The notes under the pieces were generated by a model, which saw only the letters and a list, made by a program, of their open reading frames with translations, was not told the origin of the DNA and made no database searches. Shown here one piece after another: positions 33,701 to 46,276 of a stretch of DNA of 64,000 nucleotides. Each line of letters begins with the position of its first letter. Within the stretch, counting starts at the first letter, position 1. The stretch is from Mantamonas sphyraenae STR306 (taxonomy: Eukaryota; Protista; CRuMs). The translations under genes were made by a program, and so were the position numbers. Location of the stretch: the NCBI GenBank assembly GCA_026936335.1, contig JAPMXV010000045.1:186001-250000 (forward strand), given 5' to 3'.

Positions 33701-36700
33701 GCTCTGTTTGGTGCGTCAAAGGATCTGGAGCGGAGCCAGGAGAACGTACGTGCATGTCTGGTGGATCTCACGCAAGATCATGAGCGGCTGCAGGCCGAAT
33801 TGGCGGAACAGCGAAGGCTGTACGAAGCGGCTGTTGATCACAACAAGGAGTTGAACGACGAGATGACCACGGATACGGCTGCGCACAGGGATCTACTCTG
33901 CGAGCACGAGTCATTGAACAAGGAGGAGCGCACGCTGATTGGTGCACACGAGGATTTGATGCGTGCGATGCAGAGCCGAGCTGAGATGGTTGCGGATGTG
34001 CTGGTGTCGTATGGGATGACCGTAAACGAGTTGATCACACAAGCTCGTACGCAGCAGGAGTCGACCAAATTCGTGGACAAGGTGACGGATGAACACGTTG
34101 AATTGGTTGAGGAGGAGGATGAACTGGTTGCGCAGCACAAGGCGACAACAGCAATGCTGCTGGAACACAGCACACGCGTGAAGGACCTGTACGAGGCGCA
34201 CGCTGCTCTGACAGAGCGTGTGATCACACAGACGGATGCACAGGATGACGCGACCAAGTACATTGGGACGCTGACGGATGAACACCACGCGCTGAAGCAG
34301 GAGGAGGATGAACTGGTTGCGCAGCACAAGGCGACAACGGCAATGCTGCTGGAACACAGCACACGCGTGAAGGACCTGTACGAGGCGCATGCTGCTCTGA
34401 CTGAGCGTGTGATCACACAGACGGGTGCACAGGATGACGCGACCAAGTACATTGGGACGCTGACGGATGAACACCACGCGCTGAAGCAGGAGGAGGATGA
34501 GCTGGTTGCGCAGCACAAGGCAACCACGGCAATGCTGTTGGAACACAGCACACGCGTGAAGGACATGTACGAGGCGCATGCTGCTCTGACTGAGCGTGTG
34601 ATCACACAGACGGATGCACAGGATGACGCGACCAAGTACATTGGGACGCTGACGGATGAACACCACGCGCTGAAGCAGGAGGAGGATGAGCTGGTTGCGC
34701 AGCACAAGGCAACCACGGCAATGCTGTTGGAACACAGCACACGCGTGAAGGACATGTACGAGGCGCACGCTGCTCTGACAGAGCGTGTGATCACACAGAC
34801 GGATGCACAGGATGACGCGACCAAGTACATTGGTACGCTGACGGATGAACACCACGCGCTGAAGCAGGAGGAGGATGAGCTGGTTGCGCAACACAAGGCG
34901 ACAACAGCAATGCTGTTGGAACACAGCACACGCGTGAAGGACATGTACGAGGCGCATGCTGCTCTGACTGAGCGTGTGATCACACAGACGGATGCACAGG
35001 ATGACGCGACCAAGTACATTGGGACGCTGACGGATGAACACCACGCGCTGAAGCAGGAGGAGGATGAGCTGGTTGCGCAGCACAAGGCAACCACGGCAAT
35101 GCTGCTGTTGGAACACAGCACACGCGTGAAGGACATGTACGAGGCGCATGCTGCTCTGACAGAGCGTGTGATCACACAGACGGATGCACAGGATGACGCG
35201 ACCAAGTACATTGGGACGCTGACGGATGAACACCACGCGCTGAAGCAGGAGGAGGATGAGCTGGTTGCGCAGCACAAGGCAACCACGGCAATGCTGCTGG
35301 AACACAGCACACGCGTGAAGGACATGTACGAGGCGCATGCTGCTCTGACAGAGCGTGTGATCACACAGACGGATGCACAGGATGACGCGACCAAGTACAT
35401 TGGGACGCTGACGGATGAACACCACGCGCTGAAGCAGGAGGAGGATGAGCTGGTTGCGCAGCACAAGGCAACCACGGCAATGCTGTTGGAACACAGCACA
35501 CGCGTGAAGGACATGTACGAGGCGCATGCTGCTCTGACAGAGCGTGTGATCACACAGACGGATGCACAGGATGACGCGACCAAGTACATTGGGACGCTGA
35601 CGGATGAACACCACGCGCTGAAGCAGGAGGAGGATGAGCTGGTTGCGCAGCACAAGGCAACCACGGCAATGCTGTTGGAACACAGCACACGCGTGAAGGA
35701 CATGTACGAGGCGCATGCTGCTCTGACAGAGCGTGTGATCACACAGACGGATGCACAGGATGACGCGACCAAGTACATTGGGACGCTGACGGATGAACAC
35801 CACGCGCTGAAGCAGGAGGAGGATGAGCTGGTTGCGCAGCACAAGGCAACCACGGCAATGCTGCTGGAACACAGCACACGCGTGAAGGACATGTACGAGG
35901 CGCATGCTGCTCTGACTGAGCGTGTGATCACACAGACGGATGCACAGGATGACGCGACCAAGTACATTGGGACGCTGACGGATGAACACCACGCGCTGAA
36001 GCAGGAGGAGGATGAGCTGGTTGCGCAGCACAAGGCAACCACGGCAATGCTGTTGGAACACAGCACACGCGTGAAGGACATGTACGAGGCGCATGCTGCT
36101 CTGACAGAGCGTGTGATCACACAGACGGATGCACAGGATGACGCGACCAAGTACATTGGGACGCTGACGGATGAACACCACGCGCTGAAGCAGGAGGAGG
36201 ATGAGCTGGTTGCGCAACACAAGGCGACAACAGCAATGCTGCTGGAACACACTCAGATGGCCGACTTGCTCCACTCGTCGCTCAAAGATCTCGTTGTGCA
36301 TCTCGAGCAGCATAGTGGTGCACACCAATCTACTCAAGCGTTCGCAGAGCATGTCATTATTCAGCAAGAGATGCTGCACGCCGACAAGATCGCCGTGCTC
36401 CTCTCGGAACACCAGGAAATGGCATCCCTGCTTCAAGAGCACACAAAACGTATGGTCGAACTGCAAGCGGCACACGCAGACCTCTCTGTGTCGACTCTGG
36501 AGCAAGCCAAGCATCAGTTGGCATCTGTAAACGACATCGATCAGCTTTGTGATGCAAACACTCGATTGCTGGAGCTTCATGACCAAATGGTTGCCCAGCA
36601 GATGCAAACAACAGCTTTTACCCTGGACCAAGCGCGCGAAGTTACACACGTGCATGATGCCTTCAAAACTCTCGTGGACATCCTTGTGCAGTACGCCCAG

Positions 36701-39700
36701 TCCCAGAGTGACTCTACAGCTGCAATGGACAGGGTTTGTGCCGAGCACGACCGTATGCTTCGAGAAGAGCAACAACTGATCGTGTTCCAGCAGGACATGG
36801 CACAGCAAGTTGCAACCGCCGCCAGAGATGTCCACGCGTTCAACGCATCCTACCAAGCTCTCATGGAGTCCGTGTTGGCACAGATGGAGAGCAGTGGCGA
36901 TGTACAGGACACCATGCTCGCCATGAAGGCGCAGTATGACGAGTTGAGCCGGAACGAGGCTCAACTCGTGGACGAACACCAAGCCATGGTTGCATTTGTG
37001 CAGTCTCACGCAGCCAGCATTCACGAGATGCATGTGGCACACCGAGATCTTGCCCAACAGCTTCTACTGTGCAGCCAAGAAAAGAGCATATCTGCAGAAA
37101 CCATGCAGACCATGCAGAATGAGCACGAACAACTGTGCCAGCGCCAGTGGGAGCTGATCCAGCAACACATGCAGGCCACAGCGGTGTTGCAGAATCTCAG
37201 CGAGGGCATTCACAACGTGCACGAAGCAAACAGCCAACTGGCACAACATCTGCATGACCACGTGGCGTCGCACATCGACACCAAATCAACAATCGACCAG
37301 CTTGATCATGAGGTGACGCAGTTGGTTGAAGGACGCCGCCTACTTATCCAACACATTCAAAACAATGACAAGGAGACGCTCACGCTGGGTAAAGAGATGC
37401 AGGAGGTGCATGAGGCGTTTGCGGGGCTGACAGAGACACACACTTTGCGATCAATCGAACTAGAGGCATTGAGTCACACGTTTGCAGAGTCTATGGACGC
37501 TTTGGTGGCCAGTAAGGGCCATGTCGGACAAGAGGAGCATGCTCAGTTGCGAGCAGCCGTCGAAGAGTGCCAGAGAGAAATCCACGTGGCTGCAGCCGCA
37601 TTCAAAGATATCAGTGAGCAAAATGATGTGCTGGCAAAGCGAAACGAAGATCTACTGGCACGCAACACGCGCTTGGAGCAAGTGTACAGCGAACTGCAGG
37701 GAGCTCAGCAGCGTACGCAGCAGCTGCAGGCTGAGCTGCAGGAGCAGAAGACCGCGGTAGAGCAACAGAAGCAGCGTGCCGATGAAGCGGAGCGCAAGGT
37801 GCAGGAACTGAAAGAAAGCGGAGACGAAACCAGCACTGCTCGCGCAGAGTTGGACGCAGAACGCCAGCAGGTGGCCGAAAGCACCGAAACAAGCAAGGCG
37901 CAGATCCAGGCGCTTCTGGACACGGTGAAGCGAGAAAGCGACGCACTGAGCGACTTGCGTGCGCAAATCGCAATTGTGAGCGATCAAGCGCGGGCAGACG
38001 CAAGCGCTGTGAGCGACGCCGCGACAAAAGAGGCCAAGGCGCAAGCAAGCTTGTTTGAACACGAACGCCAGGAAGTGGAAGCGTTGATGGTGCGTTTGGA
38101 AGACGAAGGCGAAGAAGAAACAGCCCTGAATGCGTTTGCTGCAGTCAGCAGCCGTTTGATGAAAGACAACCTGGAATTGCGGAAGCAGATGGCTGTGGCT
38201 GCCGTCGATCACGAAGCGTGCCAACGAGAGCTGGCGATGGCAAAGACAGAGATCGAACTTCGCTCAAAGTGCACCGAAGCCCTACAAAGCGAGTTGGCCC
38301 GTCGCATGGAGCAGGTGGACAAGACTGTGCGTGTTCTGGTGGAGCTGAAGCAGGATGTGTGCACAGTGGACGTCGAGCGGTTGCTGAACGCAAAGCGGCA
38401 GAATGCGCTGGAAACACAGGTGGCCACACTGGATGGCGAGTTGGCCGCCATCCGGGAATCTCATGCGTCATTGACGCTGTCGGAGCTGCAGGCACGAGCT
38501 GTGGCAGAGGAACACGCGGGTGTGGAGGCTTCGCTTCGAAATCAGATCAACATGTTGGAAGAGGAAGCACGTGTACTGTGCAACAGGCTGCCAGAAGATC
38601 TAGAGACGCAACGAGTGGAGAATGCGGCCCTGAAGATGCAGGTAGAGGCGCTCAAGGCGGACAAGAGCCGCAGTGAACAGCTTGAGCAGCTGACAAAGCA
38701 AATCCAGGCCTTGCGTGAGGCAGCAACGCCCAAGGATGAGATGTCAACAGATGCCACCTCCAGCACCAAGTCCATCAACAGCGACAAGGAGGAAGAAACG
38801 ACCATGGGTGAGAAGGGCGACCCGGCAGCAACCGGGGAACCAGGGAGCACCGCCAAACGGGTGGAATGGAACGAACGGGACCTGGAGATCTTTACACAGT
38901 GGACAAGTAGCCTCGACGTGGCACGGGCAGAGATGGAGGCACAAGTGCAAGCCATGGAACAAGCTGTGGCTCAATCAAAGGCATTGCAACCGGAGGCAGC
39001 GGCAAGGCACACAGACGCCGAGTGGAACGCAATGGTGGACCACCAAGCGGCCATACTAGGGTTTTTGGTCAAGATGTACACCAAGTGGATGAGGTTTGCC
39101 ATGAAACGCGGTGAAGACGTCGATTTGGACGAAGACTTGCAACAAGAACTGGCCAGGCTCGCAGAGAGCGATGTAGGCCGCATGGCACGGCTGCGGGATG
39201 TGCGTGGTGACAGAGAAACGCTGTTGCGACCTGCGTTGGATCGTGGTCTGTACAACGCCGAGGGTGCCCGTGTGCGAAGCCGTCGTTCGCGGGTGCTGGC
39301 AGCGCTACAGCTGCGTTCAATGGACAAGGCCGTCAACATGGAGCGGGAAGGAGTGGTGTTGGTGCCAAAAGTTGGGTCGGATGAGGCTGCGTCGGCGGGA
39401 GAGGCAAGGAGAAGCAGCGATGGCATGGGAAGCGAAAACGGCAGTGGAAAGGATCCGGAGAGCAGGCGGAACAGCAGTGAGACAAACAGCGAGGCGGAAG
39501 AAGTGGAAACACAGAGTGGCACGGCGACGAATAAGCAGCTGCTTGCGGTGGCCAACTCGACAGATGAGAGTGAAGGAGGGCGTGGCAAGCGCAGACTGAG
39601 CTTTTCGCGTCGCAAATCCACAGAAATGACGGCAGGTGAGGTCAAGGCGGCTCTGGTGCAGTCGCAGTCCAACAACCTGGAGGCCGTGCTCAATGCAATG

Positions 39701-41203
39701 GTATACAGGGAGACTGGGCTGGAGGCGAGCGGCGAGCTGGGCACGGTGCAGCAGGTGGTGCGCGATGCAGTGCGAGCACGAGGCGAGATGCAAGCGCACC
39801 TGGAAGGGCATGCATGGGCCAAGCCTGCGAAAGAATGGCAAGAAGAGTACAGCGTCAACGCAGGCGGTGAAGTGATCAGCGTGGCACTTGGTCGCGTGAT
39901 GGAACTGATGGTGCTTCCCGTGTCCGGCGAACAGGACGTGCTGACCTGGGCCATCTGTTTCCGCGAGTACATGAGTCCCATGGCCATGCTGCTGGAGCTG
40001 ACAATGCGCATCGAAGTGCCTGTGGGCAACGAGACCGGCCTTGTTGCAGGCGTGCGCTCGCGTGTGTTGCTGTTTGTAGAGACGTGGCTGAAGAGATATG
40101 GAAGTGACTTTGCAGGCGATGCAGAGCTGTGTGCGCTCATGCGACTGTTCCTGGGCTCTGTGAGCGCTCTGGGCATCAAAGAGCATACTGTGGGGCGACT
40201 TCTGAAGGCTTTGGAGGCGGAGGAAGCGCGAAACGAGAACACAGCCACGTCTTCTTCGTCAAGCGTAAACGGCGGCTTCTCTACGATTGAGTGTTCGGAG
40301 AGCGAAGAAGAATCACGAGTGCACGGAACGTCGTCACTGGACAGCAGCAGCAGCAGCAGCAAGCGAGGAAGCAAGGCGTCTGTGCGCGCTTCGAGTGAAA
40401 TGTTGTTGCCTGTGCCGATCACACCGGAGCATATCTTCCACAGCGGGCTGCGTTGGCGGGACTGCGATCCGGTGGAGCTGGCAAGACAGATCACACTGCG
40501 CGACTGGGAGGCGTTCTCACGCGTAAGTGCAGTGGACTTTGTGCAACTGGCGTGGAGCAAGGACGCGCTGAAACACCGAGCTGGAGCGATGCTTCATGCG
40601 CAGGAGCGATTCAACAGGCTGTCCATGTTTGCTATTGGGGCGATCCTGTACGAGCGCAAGGTGAAAGACCGAGAGGCGGTGCTGAGCCTGCTGATCAAGG
40701 TGATGGACGAGTGCAGGGAGCTGGGCAACCTGAGCGGGATGGCCAGCATCCACAGCGGGCTGACAAACACGCCTGTGCACAGGCTCAAGTTCACCAAGAA
40801 GAACCTGGGCCGAGGCGACCTGAGCAAACTGACCAACGTGACAGCAATCATGCACACGGAAAAGTCGTACAAGGCGCTGCGCACGTATGTGGCCGACCTG
40901 TTGGAGAAGAACCACGCAGTGATCCCGTACATGGGCGTGTACTGCACCGATCTGACATTCACCGAAGACGGCAACCCCAACATGAAGGACGGATTGGTCA
41001 ACTTTCGCAAGAAGCGCATGGTGGTGGGCATCATCAACGAGGTGCTGCGGTGCCAGAGCAACGGCCCGCCGCAGGTTCTCGACGTGCCGCAGATCGGACG
41101 CTTCTTTGAGACGTCCGCCATGCCGATGTACGACGAGGAAGACATGTATGCACGCTCGATGCTTTTGGAACCAAGAGGAGCGAGTGCGGCGCAGATTAAA
41201 TGA
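27712..41203 (+). CDS. Giant (~4450 aa) Kelch-repeat / long coiled-coil / REM + RasGEF (CDC25) protein
   Basis: Exon 1 27712-28659 (Kelch: YIVGG, VVFGGY, PTPRAWHSA) joins exon 2 at 28787 (IYGG) across intron gtaagt...ctgac...cccag. C-terminal DPVELARQITLRDWEAF, RFNRLS, CRELGNLSGMASIHSGL, PVHRLKFT, IPYMGVYCTDLTFTEDGNP, LVNFRK. Confidence 0.92.
34112..36252 (+). repeat. Coding tandem repeat: 189-bp (63-aa) unit, 11 full copies plus a partial 12th
   Basis: Units start at 34112, 34301, 34490, 34679, 34868, 35057, 35249, 35438, 35627, 35816, 36005 and 36194. Unit EEDELVAQHKATTAMLLEHSTRVKDMYEAHAALTERVITQTDAQDDATKYIGTLTDEHHALKQ; copy 6 has one extra Leu codon. Confidence 0.97.
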
Positions 41204-41213
41204 TGCCTTCTAT

Positions 41214-41842
41214 TCATTTGAGTTCGGCAAAGAGCTTGGGTGCGACCTGTGAGACCGATGGGATTGGAACGAGGCGACGGCAAAAGGATGTGGCCGATAA
41301 TGGACGGGGTTGTGTGAGCCGTTGCGTACGTTGCTGGGGAGGTGGCACGTGCGCAAAGAAGTGGCTTGGGGCGGGGCCGTTTGCCGCGCTTGGCCAGCTT
41401 GATTCCATGCGCATGCACAAGGGAAGCAAAGGGACAACGCGGTCGTCGCAAGGTTTGACAGACGACGATGCACTGCGCATGGCGCCAGGAGATGGGCTGA
41501 GACGAGATGGTGGCGAGCGGGTGAAGGGAGGGAAAAGGCGTCGGAGGGGAGGAAATTCGATCGAATGCGGCGTCGGCGGACACCAAAACGACGCCAAGGG
41601 CGCCATGCGAAGGGGACGACTGGAGTGGGCAAGAGGGACAGGGTGGAGAGTAAACGTACAACCTTGTCGACACACTTGTAGAGGTCAAAGTACCAGGCCT
41701 GGCAGTTGGCACCCTCAGGGAACTTGGCCTTCTCGAGACGCTCCACGCAGTCCTGGTACTTGAGCAGCTGGGGCTTGCACTCCTTCTCCATGCACTCCTC
41801 CTCAAGGATGGGCTTGATGTCTTGGACCTCGTCGTCACTCAT
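41214..41842 (-). CDS. QCR6: Cytochrome bc1 complex hinge protein (QCR6/UQCRH), 71 aa
   Basis: Exons 41842-41660 and 41246-41214: MSDDEVQDIKPILEEEC...C....KYQDCVERL...NCQAWYFDLYKCVDKV/VAPKLFAELK. Confidence 0.92.
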
Positions 41843-41897
41843 TTGCTGTTCTGTGGGTTTCGGCTGGTCTGGGACGCGCGGACGCACCCAAAGCTGG

Positions 41898-44800
41898 ATG
41901 TCCAAACGGAAGGTAGAGTCACTCCTTGCGAGTGGTGGGCAGGCGACAGGAGAGAGGAGAGAGAGAGGAGATGGATGACGAGGCGAGGAGACAACGGGGA
42001 ATGCGGACCAGGTACTGACATGGGATTGGGCATCGGGGCTGACTGTGTGTGTGTGTGTGTGTGCTGCGACGGGACGGGGATAGGTGGACATCGAGGACGG
42101 GGAAGCAGCCATACAAGCAAGCGCCACGGGAAGCAACGACCACAAGCGCAGCCGGCTGAACGAACTCAAGCGAGTGAACCAGGACAAAGAGAGCACAGGG
42201 AGTCGACGAGGAGGTCTGAAACACGTGCGCGTTCGAGGACAGAGCAGCAAAGCAGGCAAGTCGCGAAAGATCCCGGCCACACAGGACCCGATCGATATCG
42301 ACGCAGACGAGGTTTTCGCAGACACAGACGAAAGCCCGAGCAAAAACACACACGAAAGCAAGGCAAGCACAGCAGCCATGCGCAGACAAGCATCAGGAGG
42401 GATTCGAGGACGGAACGGAGGCGCGGCAAAGAACAATGCGCCCGTGCGCAAGCTGGTGATCAAACCGTTGAAAAGTGAGTGGTGGGTGCGGAGGGGGGGA
42501 TGTACAGGCACGCTGCAATAAGGGTTTGCAACAGCCACGGGGCGTTGGAGGGAAGGGGCCGGGGTTCCGGCGCGGAGGCGGAATCCGCAGCAGCGAGCAG
42601 GTTCCTGATTCCCTCCGAGAGACGCTTTCGGGGCGCGTGGAGACTGACACAGGGGGCGGAACACAGAGACACCCGGGTTGCCGCAAGACTACGAGGAAAA
42701 GACGTGGGATGTGCTGGAAGAAGCGGTGCGGGCTATCCAGGAGAGCAGGCCCGTGAGCACGAGTTTGGAGCAGCTTTATCAGTCGGTGGAAACGCTGTGT
42801 GATCACAAACTGGCGGCAAACCTGTACAAACGGCTGAGCGGCGAATGCTCGGAGCGGAGCAAGGTGCTGGCCGAATCGCTGTTGCACGAACAAACCGTGG
42901 ATACGAAAGAGTATCTGAAGCAGGTGGAGAAGACGTGGAGCAAGTTCTGCGACGAGATGTTGTTGATCCGCAGCATCTTTCTGGTGCTGGACAGGCGATA
43001 TGTGCTGCAGACGTCCAATGTGCGTTCCATCTGGGATTTGGGCATGCATGTCTTCAAAGAGCACATCATGGAACACCCTGAGGTGCTGTCGCGCACCATC
43101 GAAGGCTTGCTTGTGATCATTGCCGAGGAACGACACGGCGATGCTGAAGACACCACGGTGCTGCGCAACCTCATCCGCATGCTCAGCCAGCTGCAGATGT
43201 ATGCCAGTGCATTTGAGCCTGCGTTTTTGGAGTCGAGCCGTGCATTCTATGCGGACGAGAGCAAGCAGCTGGTGGCCAGCGTGGACGTGCCTACATACCT
43301 GCAGCACGTCGAGATGCGCCTCCAGGAGGAGTATGACCGTCTGATGGCCTATCTGGACATGAGTGAGTTGTTTCGGTCACGGGAGTGTTGGGAGAAAGGA
43401 CGGGGGAGAAAAGTATGCTAACGCACTCCACTATCCGGTCACTCTGGCAAACACGCACACACACACACACACACAGGCACACGGAAACCGCTGATTGCAG
43501 TTGTGGAGTCCCAGCTGTTGGAGAGTACGCAGGAGTGGATTCTGGAAGCCGGGTTTGATCAGATGATGGTGGAGAAGCGCATGGCAGACCTGAAGCGCAT
43601 GTACACGCTGTTGATGAGGGTAGATGGCAAGGCAGAAATCAAGGCGGCGCTGGTGAAGTATGTCAAGGCAGCCGGGGCATCGATTGTGAACGACCCGGAG
43701 AAGGACAACGTGATGGTGGAAGATCTGCTCGCGTTCAAGGACACGCTGGACGAGATCCACCGTGAGTCGCTGCGCAACGACGACGAGCTGCACCGTGGCA
43801 TCCGCGATGCATTCAAGCAGTTTATCAACGCGCGGGAGAACAGGCCGGCCGAGCTGATTGCCAAGTTTATCGACGCACGCATGAAGGCAGGGCACAGAGG
43901 CATCACAGACGAGGAGATGGACAGGTTGATGGACCGTCTGATCGAGCTGTTCCGCTTCATCGACACCAAGGACGTGTTTGAGGCCTTCTACAAGAAGGAT
44001 CTTGCCAAGCGGCTGTTGTTGAGCAAGAGTGCATCGCACGACGCCGAGAGGCAGATGCTGAGCAAACTGAAGAACGAGTGCGGCAGCTCGTTCACACGCA
44101 AGCTGGAAGGCATGTTTGCAGATCTGGAGCTGTCGCGAGACATCATGCGCAAGTACGAGCAGCACGTGGAGAAGCAAGGAGGCGGCAACAGCGACATCGA
44201 CAACGGGCAAGACGGCATGGAGGTGGACGAGAGCAGTAGCCAGGAGGAGCGTGCGAGCAGCAACGCCCTGGCAAAGCAGAGCAGTCTGGTGCGCAACGAG
44301 AGTCTGAAGGGAGGTGTGGTTGCGTTGGGCATGGAGTTGAACGTGTTTGTGCTCACCAACGTGTTCTGGCCGACGTACCACCCGTTGGAATTGAACCTGC
44401 CTGCAGAGATTGCCCTGGCGCAGGAGCAATTCAAGGAGTACTACGTGGGCCAATACAACGGCGCACGCAAGCTGGAGTGGCAAAACTCGCTGGGTCACTG
44501 TGTGCTGAAGGCCAAGTTCAACAGCGGACGCAAGGAGTTGGTGGTGTCGACGGTGCAGGCTGTGGTGTTGCTACAATTCAACGAGCGGGACAGCATGACG
44601 TTTGCCGAGCTGCGAGAGGCAGTGGGCACGAGCGACGCCGACGAGTTGGTGCGCACTGTGCAATCGCTTGCGCTGGGCAAGAAGGACAACCGGGTGCTGA
44701 AGAAGACGCCCAAGAGCAAAGAGGTGGCGGACGACGATGTGATCCACTTCAACGCAGGCTTCAAGGCCAAGCTGTACCGAATCAAGGTCAACCAGATCCA

Positions 44801-45062
44801 GATGAAGGAGACGGCGAAAGAGCAGGAAGAGACAAACGAGCAGGTGTTTGCCGACCGCCTTTACCAGGTGGACGCGGCGCTGGTGCGCATCATGAAGACA
44901 CGCAAGAAGCTGCAGCACCAGCTCCTCGTGGCCGAGTTGTACAAGCTGTGCAAGTTCCCCATGAAGAGCTCAGACATCAAGAAGCGCATCGAGTCGTTGA
45001 TCGACCGTGACTACATGGAGCGCGACGAGACGGACTCGAGCTCGTACGTGTACCTGGCTTAA
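41898..45062 (+). CDS. CUL4: Cullin-4
   Basis: Four exons: 41898-41912 MSKRK, 42084-42474, 42667-~43362, ~43477-45062. RKLVIK, SLEQLYQSVE, IRSIFLVLDRRYVLQ, SIWDLG, KDVFEAFYKKDLAKRLLL, neddylation site VRIMK, DIKKRIESLIDRDYMERD. Exon 1 is less certain. Confidence 0.95.
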
Positions 45063-45136
45063 AGCAACACGGAGCATCGGGAAGGGAGACAGACGTGGAA
45101 AGCGGAAAGGGAATGCATTTCAGAGATCAAATGTTG

Positions 45137-46243
45137 TCAAACGTTGCCCGAGGTGACGTCCTGGGCCTCTTTCTCGTTGTCGGCAGCTGCATCGAGCTCT
45201 TTGTCGATGGCCTTTTTGGAAATGCGAATGATGACGACGACGGCGACAATGGTGGCAGCGAGTCCGCACCAGAAGAGCGCAATCTGGGCAGGGCTCTCTG
45301 TCCTGGAGCCCGCGGCGGCGACCTCGGCAAGTGAGTGGAGGGCGGCGCCGATGTAGACGTACAAAAACGTGCCTGGGATCATGCCAACCCAGGAGCCGAG
45401 GGCGTAATGCCAGAACTTGACCTCAGTGAGGGAAAGGGCGTAGTTGAGGGCGTTGAAGGGAAGCACGGGCGACAGACGCAAAAGGAAGATGATCTTGAGA
45501 CCCTGGAGCGAGACCGCGCGATTGACCACCCCAAAGGTGGGATAGGACTCGACGAGGTTCTCCACCCAGCTGGTGAAGAGGTAGCGGCCAACAAGGAAGG
45601 CAAGGCAGGCGCCGACTGTGGAGCCAATGGACACGGTGACAAAGCCCCATCCGACGCCAAAGGCAAACCCTGCGCCGAGGGTGAGCAGGGAACCACTGTG
45701 GGATGGGTGTGCACACACAAGGTGGGGACAGAGTCAGCGACGAGCGAGCGGAGGTGTGCATGTCTGCGATTCGGACAAGGACGAGCGGAAAACGTACGGA
45801 ATAAAGAGCACTGTGGCAATGACATACTGTGTGCAAAGGTGCAGGGCAAGGAAGGGGCGAATGCAAAACCGTGTGAGCAGGAGTGGTCAGGTAGAGGATG
45901 TCAGGGTGGCCGGGACAGGGGGCCGATTGGATCCACGCCAGAAAACGTGGTGGTGAGAACCTACAACGCCAGCGAGGATGAGGGCACCGGCCAGGCCGAG
46001 GCTACGCATCCAGGAGAGGCCTTCGATGAGAGCGGCTGTGACTTGTTGCTTGAATTCGACAAAGAGAACGACGATGGCGGTGAGGAGGAGAACAATGATG
46101 GCGATGGTGGCAATGGACTTGGGTGTCAAGCACTTGCGCCAGAAGCGTGCAGAACGACCTTCGCAGCACAGAAAGGGCTGCTGAAGCGCAAGTTCCTCGT
46201 CGTCGTCGGTAACAGGTTTGTATGCGGTTTTCGAGGAGGACAT
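45137..46243 (-). CDS. TVP38/TMEM64 (DedA/VTT-domain, SNARE-associated Golgi) membrane protein, 3 exons
   Basis: Spliced ...LILAGV/YVIATVLFIP/GSLLTLGAGFAFG, GACLAFLVGRY, FLLRLSPVLPFNALNYALSLT, GMIPGTFLYVYIG. Confidence 0.9.
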
Positions 46244-46276
46244 GTTCAGGCTGCGCTGGGCCAGACAACGCAGAGG
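46244..46276. promoter_or_regulatory. Putative minimal bidirectional promoter (33 bp between divergent ATGs)
   Basis: Inferred only from the geometry of TVP38 (ATG 46243, -) and the Air-like gene (ATG 46277, +). Confidence 0.45.

Noticed and set aside
34112-36252. Regular repeat array as a possible CRISPR or mobile element
   Set aside because: No unique spacers, no cas or transposase genes; the units are contiguous in-frame coding sequence.
33838-37057. Long antisense ORFs (804 and 1048 aa) over the tandem repeat
   Set aside because: A stop-free unit whose length is a multiple of 3 propagates open frames on the opposite strand; the translations are not protein-like.
7079-45062. Functional clustering of ubiquitin-proteasome genes (PSMB6, KCTD9, CUL4) or RNA-decay genes (RRP4, Air-like)
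   Set aside because: These are common gene classes interspersed with unrelated genes. CUL4 uses DDB1/DCAF adaptors, so proximity does not link it to the box proteins without synteny evidence.
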